Counted from the whole stretch's first letter, positions 27,430-40,243 are shown. The stretch: 63,205 nucleotides of DNA, filler included, from Platydemus manokwari (GCA_037951405.1; 6 parts of 6 records of this genome joined end to end with filler, not necessarily neighbours in it), one strand, 5' to 3'. The notes: generated by a model from the letters alone, not told the origin. Numbers and translations are program-made.

Positions 27430-28070
27430 TAATCGATTTATATTTCCAATTATAAATTCCATTTTCCTTCACATCGCTGAAGGAAACAGAGTTTATAAAA
27501 TTACCATAATTATTAACATTATTACATTTTCCATTATTGCCCATGCCAGTGTTGATGATAACTGATTTTGTAGTGCATCCAATTTGCTTTGCAATTAAGT
27601 TAACAAAAATCTATCTATCTGTCTATGTATATATAATTTTTAATTTCTCAAGTTCCATTTGAGAAAAAAATTTCGAGATAAAAATATGTTAAAATAAAGT
27701 CAGCTTGATTGGTGTGTAAAAGGCATCGCACAATTTAGTGAAAAAGCTGATAAAAATTCACTACTCTAACTACTGATAAAAACCACTTCTATTTACAGAC
27801 GAATCTAAGATTGGTGATCGATGTTATTTAGCTTTTAAATAAGTTTGTCACATCAGGCACAGCTCTTTGATTCAGGCATCACAGATTGATCATTGATAAT
27901 TTTCTCTCCCGAAATTTTCAGCAATACTGTCTGAGAAAATATTAAAATCAATAATTTGCATGCCATCTATTGCTTTGTGAATTTTAATTTTCTCGGTGAA
28001 ATTAAGATTTTTGCCTTTACGGTTGCGATTTATCTTATTTAATAAATCTTCTAATGTGTTTTTTAAAAAA
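27430..28070 (-). mobile_element. Possible decayed pogo/Tigger N-terminal (CENP-B HTH) fragment
   Basis: Minus-strand RNRKGKNLNFTEKIKIHKAID resembles the HTH-psq start of Tigger transposases. Downstream sequence is degenerate; boundaries approximate. Confidence 0.3.
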
Positions 28071-28471
28071 TTTAATGAACTTCAGAAATATGAAATTTAA
28101 ATAACTCAATCCTGGCATTAAAATTTATTTATCTTAGAATTTCTCATTACTTCAATACTACTGTTAAGAAATTTAGATCTGTTGCATTTCCAAAATCTTC
28201 CGATCATAAAACAATATTCAACTCAACTAATTATCGAAATGGTTATTTTTGCATATTGTCGATCATTGAATCTTTTGAATGTCAAATACTGAATTCATTG
28301 AGCAATTATATTTTCGTATTTTAATTATTTTCAATAAAATTCACTTTGGAAGGTAATTGCTGCTTACAGTGCATCATCATAAAATCATTTTTGGAGTAGC
28401 TTAATTTGAATTCTGATACTAAAGAAATTAGTGACAAAAGAAGTTCTGTACAAATCAATATTTTAATATAG

Positions 28472-28556
28472 GAAAGCCGATTAAGAGGGAAAAGCACAGA
28501 AACAGAAGACAGAATACTTCAACGTTTGGCTGTCGCTCATCAAGAAATACAATTCG
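28472..28556 (+). CDS. GUK1: Guanylate kinase coding exon (ESRLRGKSTETEDRILQRLAVAHQEIQF)
   Basis: TATAG| ... |GTAAGT. The peptide matches the GMP kinase LID region (ExRLRxRxTETEExxxxRLxxA). Confidence 0.88.
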
Positions 28557-29943
28557 GTAAGTCTGTAATTATTTGTAATTTTAAAAAATTAGATATTGAA
28601 TTTATAATTACAAATAACAAAATCGGCAAGCATCGATTTATATTTTTTTGTAACGGAAAATGAAATTCAATGAATTTTTCTGAATTTTTAGAAATTTGAC
28701 CTTGAGATAATTCTTTAATAGATTTCATAAAATCCGGTTAAACTTGGTATTAATTTAATTCGATTATTTTCATTTCAAGTTGATGAAATTAAGATCAAGA
28801 CAACTTACTATTTCGTTGAAAACTTCATTCTAAATTTAAATGAATGTAAAAAATAGTGTCGAATATGAAAAATTCTCTTGGAAATTACGACTCTTGGAAC
28901 TTGGTACACTTGATGCACCATAATTATACTTATCTAGACAATTATATAGGCAGAATAGCCGACCAATAAAGCGAAGATTTCAATTTGGTAAAATACATGA
29001 CTGCATAATTTCACATGTGCAGTGATCAATGCAATCATGATGAATCGGTAAATACGATTGAAATCGTGAAAATAGATCATCTAATAAAAATTCAGCACAC
29101 AAAACACGTACAGACTCCTGATTATAAGCTATGCTGCAAATATGGTTTATAAATAGATGAAACCCAGTTATAATAAGAGAAAACCAGCTTTAATATATTG
29201 TGTTTTATTTTGAGTTATCTTAGTACCGATTATCACTCAACAATAGAGTCCTGGCCGTTGATCAATCATCAGCTAAACTACTAATAATATTAGTCTAAAG
29301 ATTTTTCAATAAAAAAATTTCCAACTTTTCTTATAATTTTATGATTTTAAATATTGATGAGTAGATCTGAGATTTGCGATTCTTGGTTTGATATCTCAAA
29401 TTACACAATGTTATATTTTGGATTTGAATTCTTCGACATTATTATTAAATTCTTTGGATATATCTTAGAAATTCAAGTTGTATATAGAATATTAAAAGAA
29501 ATAAAACGAAAATAAAATGAAATTCATAAACCAAAAATTCATAAAACCATTAAAGATTCCATCTTAAAATTAAGATTGAATGTAAATATATTTTTCAGTA
29601 AATACTATCCTTAAAAAGCTGTTTTGATGTATTGATATTCTTTAAGTTTAATAGTATTCCTTATCCATTAAGTCTCTCATTAAATGTTAATTAAAGACAT
29701 TTTAATAATGAATTTATAATTTTTTTATTGAGGCTTCCACATAATGTAAAAAGAATAAAAAATTAATCAAAGTCAAAAACAGATAGGGATTTTCAATAAG
29801 AATACGACAAGTGATGTTTTTATCGATTTCAAGAGATGAGAGACATCAAAAGAAATCGAGTTAAAAAATAAAATTGCTCTAAACAATTAGTTTTTTATCC
29901 ACTGCTTTTCAAATAATATTCGTAATTGAATTGAATGTTCTAG

Positions 29944-30029
29944 GATATCAAGAAGGCATGTTTGATCTTATATTGACTAATGATGATCTCGAAAAGACGG
30001 TTAAAGAACTAATGGAATTCATAATGCCG
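29944..30029 (+). CDS. GUK1: Guanylate kinase coding exon (GYQEGMFDLILTNDDLEKTVKELMEFIMP)
   Basis: TTCTAG| ... |GTAAGA. The phase-1 join restores Gly and gives the conserved G-x-FD-xx-(I/L)-x-ND-x-L motif. Confidence 0.88.
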
Positions 30030-30126
30030 GTAAGAGAATTCGATTTTATATAGAAAATATTTGACTGTAAATGAAATTGTATTGGTAATGTATTATTAAA
30101 TTAGATAATATTTTAGTTAATTTCAG

Positions 30127-30138
30127 GATATTCAATAA
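30127..30138 (+). CDS. GUK1: Probable terminal coding exon of guanylate kinase (DIQ*)
   Basis: TTTTCAG| acceptor after a 97-nt intron, phase 0, reading GAT ATT CAA TAA. Confidence 0.6.
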   Translation, partial: DIQ

Positions 30139-30870
30139 ATTAAAAAGTAATAATATTAAATAACTAAGAATATACTTTCTCAAAAACTTATTTATATTTG
30201 ATATTGCTATGAAAGTAACATTTTTTGCATGCGATAATACATAATTTGATTTAAAGATATCTTAAAGGTTATGGAGGTTAGCTGATTAATGACCTATGTA
30301 ATGCATGAAGTTGTTTTCTGACCCCTTTTACTTAAAATCGATTAAGACCTCAAAACCATATTCTTTTAATTCATTCAATAGATGCATTTGAAACCAAAGC
30401 CTTTTCAACCAACTTGAATATTGTTCAACTGGACAGGGTATCTGATGTAATTTCATTTTGGTTTCATATCAGCACATCCTTCGCCATTGGTCTTTTGAAT
30501 TTTAATGAATTTTAAAAAAGATCGAAACAAGAAAAGTTCGAAAACAATTAAGTTTTTCGAGTAAATATTTCCAGAAGGGTAATATAAAGTGTTTCAAACA
30601 CTGACTGGACACCAAGAAGCTGTGATTTAAGATTTTTAGAATGTTTGATCTCAAATTATGAAGGACAAGACTTGGTTTAATGTTCGAAATATGAATTGTA
30701 TACACGTGGAACAATATGCGAGAAGCTATAAATCAATAATTATTGATTTATGATTATTGATTTTATAGAAAGATCATATGCTTGTAAAATATTTCCTATA
30801 AATCATTTTTGAAATATTCTTCATTATTAGTTCAGAGATTAACACTTCATTAAAATAAAATTTTAAAATT

Positions 30871-30970
30871 NNNNNNNNNNNNNNNNNNNNNNNNNNNNNN
30901 NNNNNNNNNNNNNNTTAATTAATTAANNNNNNNNNNNNNNNNNNNNNNNNNNNNNNNNNNNNNNNNNNNN
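30871..30970. other. Artificial contig spacer
   Basis: N44-TTAATTAATTAA-N44. Confidence 0.98.
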
Positions 30971-31336
30971 TGTCATTCTGATAAAATAAATCTGTGAGAA
31001 TTTTTCAATGAAATAAATATTTTTATAGATTTAATTCAAATTTTATATAAAATTATATTTGTTTGTTTAAATAATTGTATTTAAATATATAATTTGGTGT
31101 CGTGGCTTTTCAGTTCGTTATCAATGTGTGGTTTTTGAAATTAGTAGCGGCTTACAATATCCATTCACTGTTTAATATCGATTAATATCAACGAGCTTCA
31201 TTTGAAATCAATATCATTTTATTAATTGAATTTAGTGCCTCAATTGTTAGAAGGTAGAATCTAATATCTCTCAATGATTGTATTTAATTTTTATCGATTA
31301 TTTATAAAATTAATCATATAATATATATATTGACGA

Positions 31337-31420
31337 ATATCTATCCAACTGCCTGCCGTAGATACATGCTAGCACTGAAATATGACATGGCGTGTATACG
31401 GTCGGCAGTAGAATAGATAT
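31337..31420. repeat. Imperfect inverted repeat (MITE-like or hairpin RNA) just upstream of the first visible SLC6 exon
   Basis: ATATCTATCCAACTGCCTGCCGTA pairs with TACGGTCGGCAGTAGAATAGATAT. Confidence 0.7.
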
Positions 31421-31538
31421 ATTTGTAAATATCTAAATAATTTTTAAAATGTTTGATTTAGAGAAATTTGATTTCAACGTTATCTCATCTATTAATGATG
31501 CAGTATTATATTGTGATAAATATTCATTTCACTTTTAG

Positions 31539-31690
31539 AATAATTGTCTGTTTTGTCGGATTCTTACTTGGCATTCCCATGGTTTGCAATGGCGGAATAT
31601 ATTTATTAACCCTACTCGATTGGACAGTCAGTGGGTACCCATTATTGGTACTGGGATTGATGGAGATTCTAGTTATTTGTTATTTCTATG
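31539..31690 (+). CDS. SLC6 (Na+/Cl- neurotransmitter/amino-acid symporter) exon, TM9-TM10; 5' boundary uncertain
   Basis: IIVCFVGFLLGIPMVCNGGIYLLTLLDW...LMEILVICYFYG is the SLC6 GGxYxxxLxD...E...YG signature. Donor G|GTTAGT at 31691. Confidence 0.9.
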
Positions 31691-33483
31691 GTTAGTATTT
31701 AATTTACCTGGATTGATATTTGATGGAAATTTTCGGACTCGTTTGATGTTGGGGATTAAATAGAGTTTATTCGATGAAATTATTTGGAATAGTGAATACG
31801 AATTATTCCATTATAGATATCAAATCAATCTGTTCTGTGATGTGATTTGGATCAGAGTGGGGATGAGGGTGGGGGCTTTTTAAACCCGTTCAATTAGATA
31901 AGATTTATCTTCAAATAAATATATATATATAATGAATTATTAGACATTATTATTTTGTATCAATGAAATGATATTGATTCAGTTAATCAGAAAATGACTC
32001 TGTTTATTTAATTGAGGCTCAATTTTAACGATTATTTGGACAAGGAATTGCACAATAGCTAGACTTTGTTTAAGCTGATAGACATTGAAAAACAATACCG
32101 ATATCAGTTCATAATTATGTCTTACAAGTTGTATCAATATTCCAGCGATGTCATCATCAGTGTTTATTATCATCATTTATTATTGTTGTTTTGTCATCAA
32201 ACTCGATCAAACAACCAATAGCAATAGATTTGTTAATTGTATATTTTGGTTTTCTTTAACATTAAATCAAACAAATATAATTTTAATGATAACAAATCAA
32301 TGGAATTGAAATTGTTCACCCTGTTTAATAGTTGATATATAATTTATTCACTCATGGATATTATCTATTTGATGCCTTTCAATTATTTTCTATTATGATC
32401 TAGAGTTGTGCGAATATTATTTATTGTACGAGTTTATTTTTAGAACTATTTAATTTAATGAAATATTGATTTAGATTTACTTTTAACATATGAGATCTAT
32501 ACCAGTCGCCATGACAACGTTAATTAATATCTGTCTGCAATTAAAAATAAAATTTAATACAACAGTAATTCCTTTCCAATATTAGAAAGCGAACAACAAA
32601 AGAGCAACTCAATCAATGTCCGTTTTCTTTTATCGAGGCATTTCACTTAACTGTGATTGATGTTAGCCGCTGGTATTTCGTTAAAATCTTGTATTGAATA
32701 AAAATTTAAAATTTCATCGTAAAACTGTGATTTTGATCACAGGTAAGGTTAAGATAAATATCAATATTATAATGAATTGTTTTGAACATTATGTTCTTAT
32801 TTAAAAGTGATAAATTATTTAAATCAAAGTTATATATAATAATTTTATAATCATCATAATTGACAACAAATATTTGAAGCTATTTATTTAATTGGTCTTC
32901 ACTGTTTCGAGAATAATAATCTGTGTCTGACGAATTTCTGGTTTTGTGCTTCAAAATATTATAAAATCAGATTTTATTAACTCTTCATTTTATAAATAAA
33001 TTTTTATCTAATTTCAGATGTTTTGTGTTGATATTGGATGGTTTCTCTTTATAAATTTGGGTTTCCATGCATTATTATGATTATTATTTGGCTTCATTAT
33101 TATTATTATATGCGACCATATATTGATGAATATTAAACATATCATGTGTGCCGATTTAAAAATGTCATTTAAAACATAATTTTATAAATTAAAATCAAAA
33201 GATATTGATTTGTTTGAATAATTGTTTTTAAATCGATAATTAGATGTCATGACTTTTCAGTAGCGTCTTACATCATCATTATAGCGTTTATGCTTTGGTT
33301 AAACAGATTTGATGTGGAACCGAAATTAATATAACACTATCAAATATATCGTTGCTGTTTTAAAATCATTGACTGACTGTTATCAACATTTTAAACTCAA
33401 ATTAATATGGAAATCACTATCGATAATAATGTAAAATATATGCTAGTAATTGAAACGAATATCAAATATATTTCATTGTCTAG

Positions 33484-33746
33484 GAATTCGACAATTCAAA
33501 AAGGATATTTCTTTAATGACCGGAGATCGACCAAATTGGTATTGGAGGATAAATTGGCTCGTGATCACACCCATACTTTTGATATTCCTTTTGATATTCT
33601 ACTTTGTAGCGGGTTCTTCTCTTCAATATGGAGAATATATATATCCAAAATCGTGGTTATTCTTTGCTCAACTTGTCGCATGCGTTCCAGTGTTGTTTAT
33701 ACCATTTATGTTAGCGCAACGATATTGTCGTGATGGTGGATTTATC
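33484..33746 (+). CDS. SLC6 exon, TM11-TM12
   Basis: CTAG| acceptor, phase 1. IRQFKKDISLMTGDRPNWYWRINWLVITP...YGEYIYP matches SLC6. Donor GTTAGT at 33747. Confidence 0.92.
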
Positions 33747-33796
33747 GTTAGTGCGTACATTCGATTTGACTCATTATTTGATGGTGACATTTTTAG

Positions 33797-34147
33797 TTAC
33801 TCAAAGAATACATGAAACCATCATCAGATTGGGGTCCTGCCGAACAAGATAATCGGGCTGAATTCATTGATTTGATTCTATCAAATGAATCCATCAAAAA
33901 GAAATCCGCTCTTCATGTTCCAAATGAAGAAGGTGTCGAAGAAAGCGAAGAAACGACATTTTTTCAGAGCAAACAGAGCATAATCGAAAAATTGAATCGA
34001 GTAGCAAATAAAGAAATCATGCGGAACAGCAGTTTCATCGGTAGCGAAGCCCAGCTCAACAAGAAAAATACTGAATTGACACCAGAAGATCACAAAGTGA
34101 TAAAAAGTGCTTGTAATCTAGTTACGATACCTCAGAACACTACTTGA
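33797..34147 (+). CDS. SLC6 terminal exon (LLKEYMKPSSDWGP... C-terminal tail)
   Basis: Follows the 50-nt intron 33747-33796, which ends TTTTAG. PxxxWGP is the conserved SLC6 C-tail motif. Stop TGA. Confidence 0.88.
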   Translation, partial: LLKEYMKPSSDWGPAEQDNRAEFIDLILSNESIKKKSALHVPNEEGVEESEETTFFQSKQSIIEKLNRVANKEIMRNSSFIGSEAQLNKKNTELTPEDHKVIKSACNLVTIPQNTT

Positions 34148-34252
34148 TTTTGTAGTTGAGAGTTGTGTCAAGATTTTTTGCATTTTGATTGACATTTGTA
34201 GATTTGATTTGACAGCTAATCTGAGACAATTTCAACACTATGTCGTTCATTA

Positions 34253-34280
34253 TGAGAGAGAGAGAGAGAGAATGAGAGAG
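34253..34280. repeat. (GA)n microsatellite in the SLC6 3' region
   Basis: Direct reading. Confidence 0.85.
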
Positions 34281-37200
34281 TGAAGTGCTAGAGTTGGTGG
34301 TCAAGCTATTTTTTCTGTGTTGTTATTGTTTTCCAATATTTTATATGTTCATTTTTGTGTTGACGTTAATAATGTTAGTCAAAGGAATTGGTAGCTAGCT
34401 TTATCAGGTACCCATTATTACCTGATACTTCTACCATCCTACCTCCAAAACGTTAACATTGGTCACCGTTTTATTATTATTAACTCCATATAATACTTAT
34501 CAATTTTATGCCCTCCATTCAGCGTTATATATATATTATGATGATTATTATTATTATGATTAGTGAAACATTTTAAGGCTCATTTTAATAATATTTTTGT
34601 TGGTTTTCATGCAATAAATATTTAGTGTTTTCCTCTATTATAATGGATAATTACCACATTGGACAAACCAGGATTAATTGGCGTCAACAACTAGATTATA
34701 TTATTAGATTAGTTTGAAAATAATTGACGATGAATTGATGCCAATATCATACATATCGGTTTTTGATACATTTTTTCATTGGACCGATTAAATAGTTTGA
34801 AACAATGTTTTTATTGTTTGGTTAAGACTATTGTTTTATACTTTCACATTAAAATTCGACCATACCACTCTTTATTATTCGATATGCCATCCGATAACAG
34901 ATAATTGATTATTTATACCCTTACGTATATGTATTGTTTAATAATATAGTTATTTACAAATAAAATTGATCTTAATTTCTTATTCGGACAATATTTTAGA
35001 AAAGCAAAATAAGCTTAATAATTGGTTCATTATAAATACTGATATTGAAAAATTACAAAAAATCTAATGCTAGTTGTGATGATTTATAATAAATTGAAAT
35101 TTGCAAAATTTTTAAATCAGATTTTTATAAAATATCAATTTATTGGAATAATTATAATGAAAATATAATGTGGTGCCTTGACTTTTCAGTTAGTTTCCAA
35201 AATGTGTTTTATAAAAAGTAGCATTTTACATTAATAAAATTATCATGTGACACAATCTTGCCAATTGATATTCGTGCTGTGATAAATCCAAACATCGTGA
35301 ATTAATTTTTTATTCATTTTCTTGAATTTTTTTTAATAAAAAAAATTATTTTCTTTATCTGTTTGTCTTATTGGTCTCATCAGATTTGATTCCAGTAGAC
35401 TCCATTTAAAAATATCTCCACTGATAAGACTGAAATGTCAGCTTTAAAAAGTCTCATTTGATATTTCAAAATTAATTTTAAAAAATTATTTGTTGTTAAA
35501 ATAGAGATGATTGGCTCGTAACAATAGCAATCAACACTCCAGTTTATTTGTGTGTGTGTGTTTGTGTGTATGAAATAAAAAATACGATGATATGCACCAC
35601 TTACTTAAGCTCGAATATCATTTCCTGAAATTTTACAAAATAAGATAATGATAAGTTTAGTTTGATAGTTTCTGCGGCTTAATCTGATCCATTTCTTACG
35701 AAGTTGTGATTGCATTGAAAAATTAATAGGTTTGTTGACTATGACTGTTGCGGTCATTAGCGCTCCAAGAGGGATATCGATAAAATACATGGCGACAATG
35801 TATGGGAAAATGTATCACATTTAATATACGCGCAGTATGTACATGTTGGAGATTGAACGCGATATTGATTATTTGCATGAAACAATGATCAAGGTTTCTA
35901 CATCATAGCATCTTGTAAAATTTTCTTTGTCTAAGTGTATCTCTGAAATAATTTTTAATAATAATCTCGTGATTTTTGAACTGAATGATAATCATTAAAT
36001 AACCCCGAATAACCCATATTTAATACTGATACGGCAAATACAGACAATAATTTATCCCAATAAAAGCAAAATATTACTCAATGACAATGAATCATTAACG
36101 AAATAAATAGAAGACAGATAATAGTGTGCAAGTATTTATAATTCAATCAGCCAGAAAGGCAGAAATACTGTCTAACAATGACCAAAAAAAGAAAAAAATA
36201 ATAAAAAAGTCTAAAATTTATTTAAGGACAAATATGATCATCTCGATACGGTGGGAAATCCCTCACCTCATTTTATTGGGTATGATTCATTGGCTTTTTA
36301 TAGTTCAATTCCTTTGAAGGCAGAAGAATTTTCTTCACATCCTAGTTTGCAGCTGTCCCGAAGTTTGGTCCAAGCTAGAGTTTTTTTGATTTTCAAATTT
36401 TCTTTTCCTCGCTAGCCAACAAAGTATATACTCAACAAAGATAGTCTAGTGGAATAATTTAATAGAAATAGAATTTCGTAAATAGTCAAATAAAAATTCA
36501 TTGGATGATTTAATCCAACTGAAAAAAATATTTATCCCATTCGATATTTTACCTGAGGAAATATCCCGAAAAGTATAAAAATTAATATTTATATTTCACA
36601 AATCATTGGAGAATTGGCGAAAATATAAATAGTTCACAAAATCATAAAGCCTCAACCTTATATTGTAATTACTAGTTGAGAAGAGTGCTAATTTCAAGCC
36701 AAGTCGAGTTCAAGCCATTATTAATCATCTAGTTTTTCGAATTAAAACTATCAAACCTTCTATGTTCAATAGTTTCACAGGAGATATTTGCCAAATCATT
36801 GCTATTCCCCGCACGGAGACCTAGTTATACTCAGTAAGTGTATCGTACATATAAAATACATAACCCGTTAATATCATATTTACAAAACAAAGCTTTTATT
36901 TATTTTGCCTAAATACGAGAAATAGGTCTTATAAATCACATTCGATCCAAGAAATGTTGAGCATTTGTCGTTTATTGTTTTATATTGCTGTTTGATATTA
37001 GTCATAATTGTTATAATAATAAATTTTATTCGAACAAAGGGTAATTACATCATTAATTGTAAAGGGGGCTTGAGTTCTCGTCGATAATTGATACGACAAT
37101 AGTGGTATAACTTAACTATCCTTCTCAACTTATATAATCTATTCAAACTATTAACTATGCTGATATCCAAAGCAATGGACGATGATTATATGGCCCCTAA

Positions 37201-38696
37201 TTAATAAATAACTAAGGCTTATTACTACAAATGTTTATCAACAATTAACATCGATTCAAATTGATTAACAGTGATAAAATAAAAATTACAAATGGATTTT
37301 GATATTGCACTATACATCAAGTTATAACGGACCTTAACAACTTCTCAGACTGAAGATACGGTTTATTTGCTCCACTTTCTTGGGTCAAAACCATTTACCG
37401 AAAGGGATTTGAGACAGGAAATTACAGATGTTATAATATTGATCAGTTTATATAAATACATCTTACTGTAGGGATTCCAGTAAAATACTGGGCATATATG
37501 GGATCCTGATCTTAGATATTTGATGGCCTTCTATCGGACGTTTCTTGTATGTAGAATAATGTGTCTTCTACCCATTATGTAACAATCGATGTAACGTGTA
37601 ATAGCGTCTTCAGTAATGTGTTATTGTGGCAGTGTTAATTGTGACTGCTGATCTATATAGGCAGTGCTGAATCACTCCCAGATTAATCTCTACGATTAAA
37701 CTTAACACCAGTGCATTTATTATTTTCTCGATGAAATTTGTATATCGGAGATAGAAATTCTCTCAAATTAAATTCATCATACAGAGAAATGTTCTCTGCC
37801 TAAATTTAATGAGTTGCGTGTTGTTATTTTATAAATTAATTTATTATTTAGGGAATTTAATTGGTTCTTCTTCAATGAGGATTTTCAGGTATTATTGTAA
37901 ATACTAATGCATTCTACTATTTTAAGCTGATTTCACTCAAATATTCTAAGAGTTGTTAAGATATAAAAATACACACTGATTAAATAAAAATTTGTGCAAT
38001 AAAATTACTGCACATGCCATACGCAATGTGATACATAAAAAAAATACAATTATTATAAAAATGCTTGCACAAAGATTTGGTCTGAATTAATCATTTGGTT
38101 AAAACCCCAACAATTTTATGAAAACCTATTAATTTAAAATGAAACAGCTTTAATTCATAAATATTTTTTATGAAATGTTAAAGATAGGATTTTGACCAAA
38201 ACTATTTCGTGATTTTTTGTGGCTCGATTATTTAATGATAATCCATATTCTGAAAAGATGAATTGAAAATACAATCATAATTGAACTATTTTTTTGTATT
38301 CGATTGCACTAAGGACAGAGCATGTTTATGTCAATTAAATTAAAGACCTTTGGAGAATACAAATCAATTATTTTCACATAATTACAAACTTGTTTAAAAG
38401 TTGAAATTGAAAATTATGTATGGTTAATGTGACATTTTATGAGATGAAAAAGACGACTTATGGTAAGTATGAAAAGAGTTTTTGAATTATGGGTCTACAG
38501 AATTATCAATAATTTAGTTGAACAAGACAGGAAAATATTCAAGTGATCAGATAAAATACAATACAATGAGAAATAATTTCATGTAAGCCGATGATAAATG
38601 TTAGGGACACATTAAAATGATGTTAACAACTCGGCAGCCTGATTTCAACAAGTTTCATCAAATTTTGTTTGAAAATTTCAATTCTATAAATAAATA

Positions 38697-39241
38697 TGTT
38701 GGGTAGATCACAAATCAATCAAAAGGGTTACATGAACCAAGGAAATAACACACACAGATCCAATAAGCACATGGCAGTCAGTCAATCAGATTTGTTTTAA
38801 TATTAATCCATATTTTGAATCTAATAATCGACAGGTACGTACTACAAATTGCAGCAAACTTAAATATCTGCCAATAGCATAAAAGATACGAGGAAATTTT
38901 CAAGCAGATTGATTCACTAACAAATTCAGCAAATAGAAAACGAAGATCCATGGCATCAAATAAATACACTCAATAAAAGAGTCTATAAAAGAGATTAAGT
39001 TCTATGAGTTATAGCCAGTTTTGTTTGGTCAATAACATGCGTATTAATTTTAAATTTGTGTGATTTTTAGTTACCAGTCTTTTTGGTTACTTTCTATTCT
39101 ATCTTTAAATTTTGGGTTAACTATCACATGATTAACTATCGTTAATTATAAAGAGGTGTGACCGGGGTTGTTGTAATTGAGATTGTAACGTTTTGGACAA
39201 TATAATTTTAAAGTTTGAATTGCTGATTATAAAACCCAACA
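38697..39241 (+). mobile_element. Solo LTR, copy 3 (perfect 7-bp terminal inverted repeat)
   Basis: TGTTGGG...CCCAACA with TSD AATA (38693-38696, 39242-39245). Colinear with copies 1 and 2. Confidence 0.88.
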
Positions 39242-39249
39242 AATATATA

Positions 39250-39620
39250 ATATTTTAAGCAAAAATCACAACAATATAATTTTCGCAATCAAAATTATTA
39301 TATTAAATACAGAGATCAAATCAATGTTAAAACTATTAAATTGATCACAAAGTTATAAGAGAATCTTGTCACAAAAATAATATTGTCCATTGTATTGGGT
39401 TTGGAATTGGGATTGGAAATTCGAAGATTATGATAATTTATTAACCTCAAGCATTCAAATGAACTCTCCAAGTGTGTTTCTTTTCTCCCCACGTATTTTG
39501 GACTGAGCCACTGCTGCCAGGTGCTGTGAGCTTTATTCTCGATTCAACTTTCTTTCATGTATTTTAATATCCTTTCTAATTCTGTGCCTTATATGAGCTG
39601 ACAGTTACGGGTATCCTTAC
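39250..39620 (-). pseudogene. Decayed gypsy-type reverse transcriptase fragment abutting the solo LTR
   Basis: Minus-strand pieces ELERILKYM..IE, TWRVHLNA, VNKIII..FPIP and IDLISVFNII occur in the order expected for gypsy RT N-terminal motifs. Frameshifted. Confidence 0.5.
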
Positions 39621-40105
39621 TTTTTTGGTATATTATCAGTTTCACTACTTGTGTAGAATCCAGTCTACCTGTTCCAAAATGGGATTGGGATCAAACAACG
39701 CATCAAATCAAGCATCAAATCAATCAACAACTGGCTCAATGAACTCATCCTCCATATCTTCCCTATATCAAAAGATCAAATCGCCTCAACAATCAACCTC
39801 CTCCTATCAGAGTCTACAATGGAAGGTAGACATGGACGAGTAATGTGACTATTCTGATTTTTATTTTGATTATTCTGATTTTTAATTGCATGGAAAAAAT
39901 TGTATTTTATGACTTCATTGTATTTTGATTTTGAAAAATTGTATTTTGTGAATTTATTGTATTGAGAAAATTTCTGTGAAAAATTAAAACTGTATATAGA
40001 AAAATAAAAAATTATAAAATTCAAATTATATGTTATAATTAGGACAGTATTAATAATAATTATTTTTATTTTATAGGATAATAATATTAAAAAATTATTA
40101 TGTTA

Positions 40106-40107
<2 letters not shown>

Positions 40108-40143
<36 letters not shown>
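40108..40143. repeat. (AAT)n microsatellite at contig end
   Basis: Direct reading. Confidence 0.95.
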
Positions 40144-40243
40144 NNNNNNNNNNNNNNNNNNNNNNNNNNNNNNNNNNNNNNNNNNNNTTAATTAATTAAN
40201 NNNNNNNNNNNNNNNNNNNNNNNNNNNNNNNNNNNNNNNNNNN
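40144..40243. other. Artificial contig spacer
   Basis: N44-TTAATTAATTAA-N44. Confidence 0.98.

Noticed and set aside
33407-34147. Overlapping ORFs that look like separate genes or a programmed frameshift
   Set aside because: Explained by the 50-nt intron 33747-33796 in the SLC6 gene; the others are off-frame or antisense.
34396-34408. TAGCTTTATCAG resembling the 5' end of vertebrate miR-21
   Set aside because: Short imperfect match, and miR-21 is not expected in this lineage.
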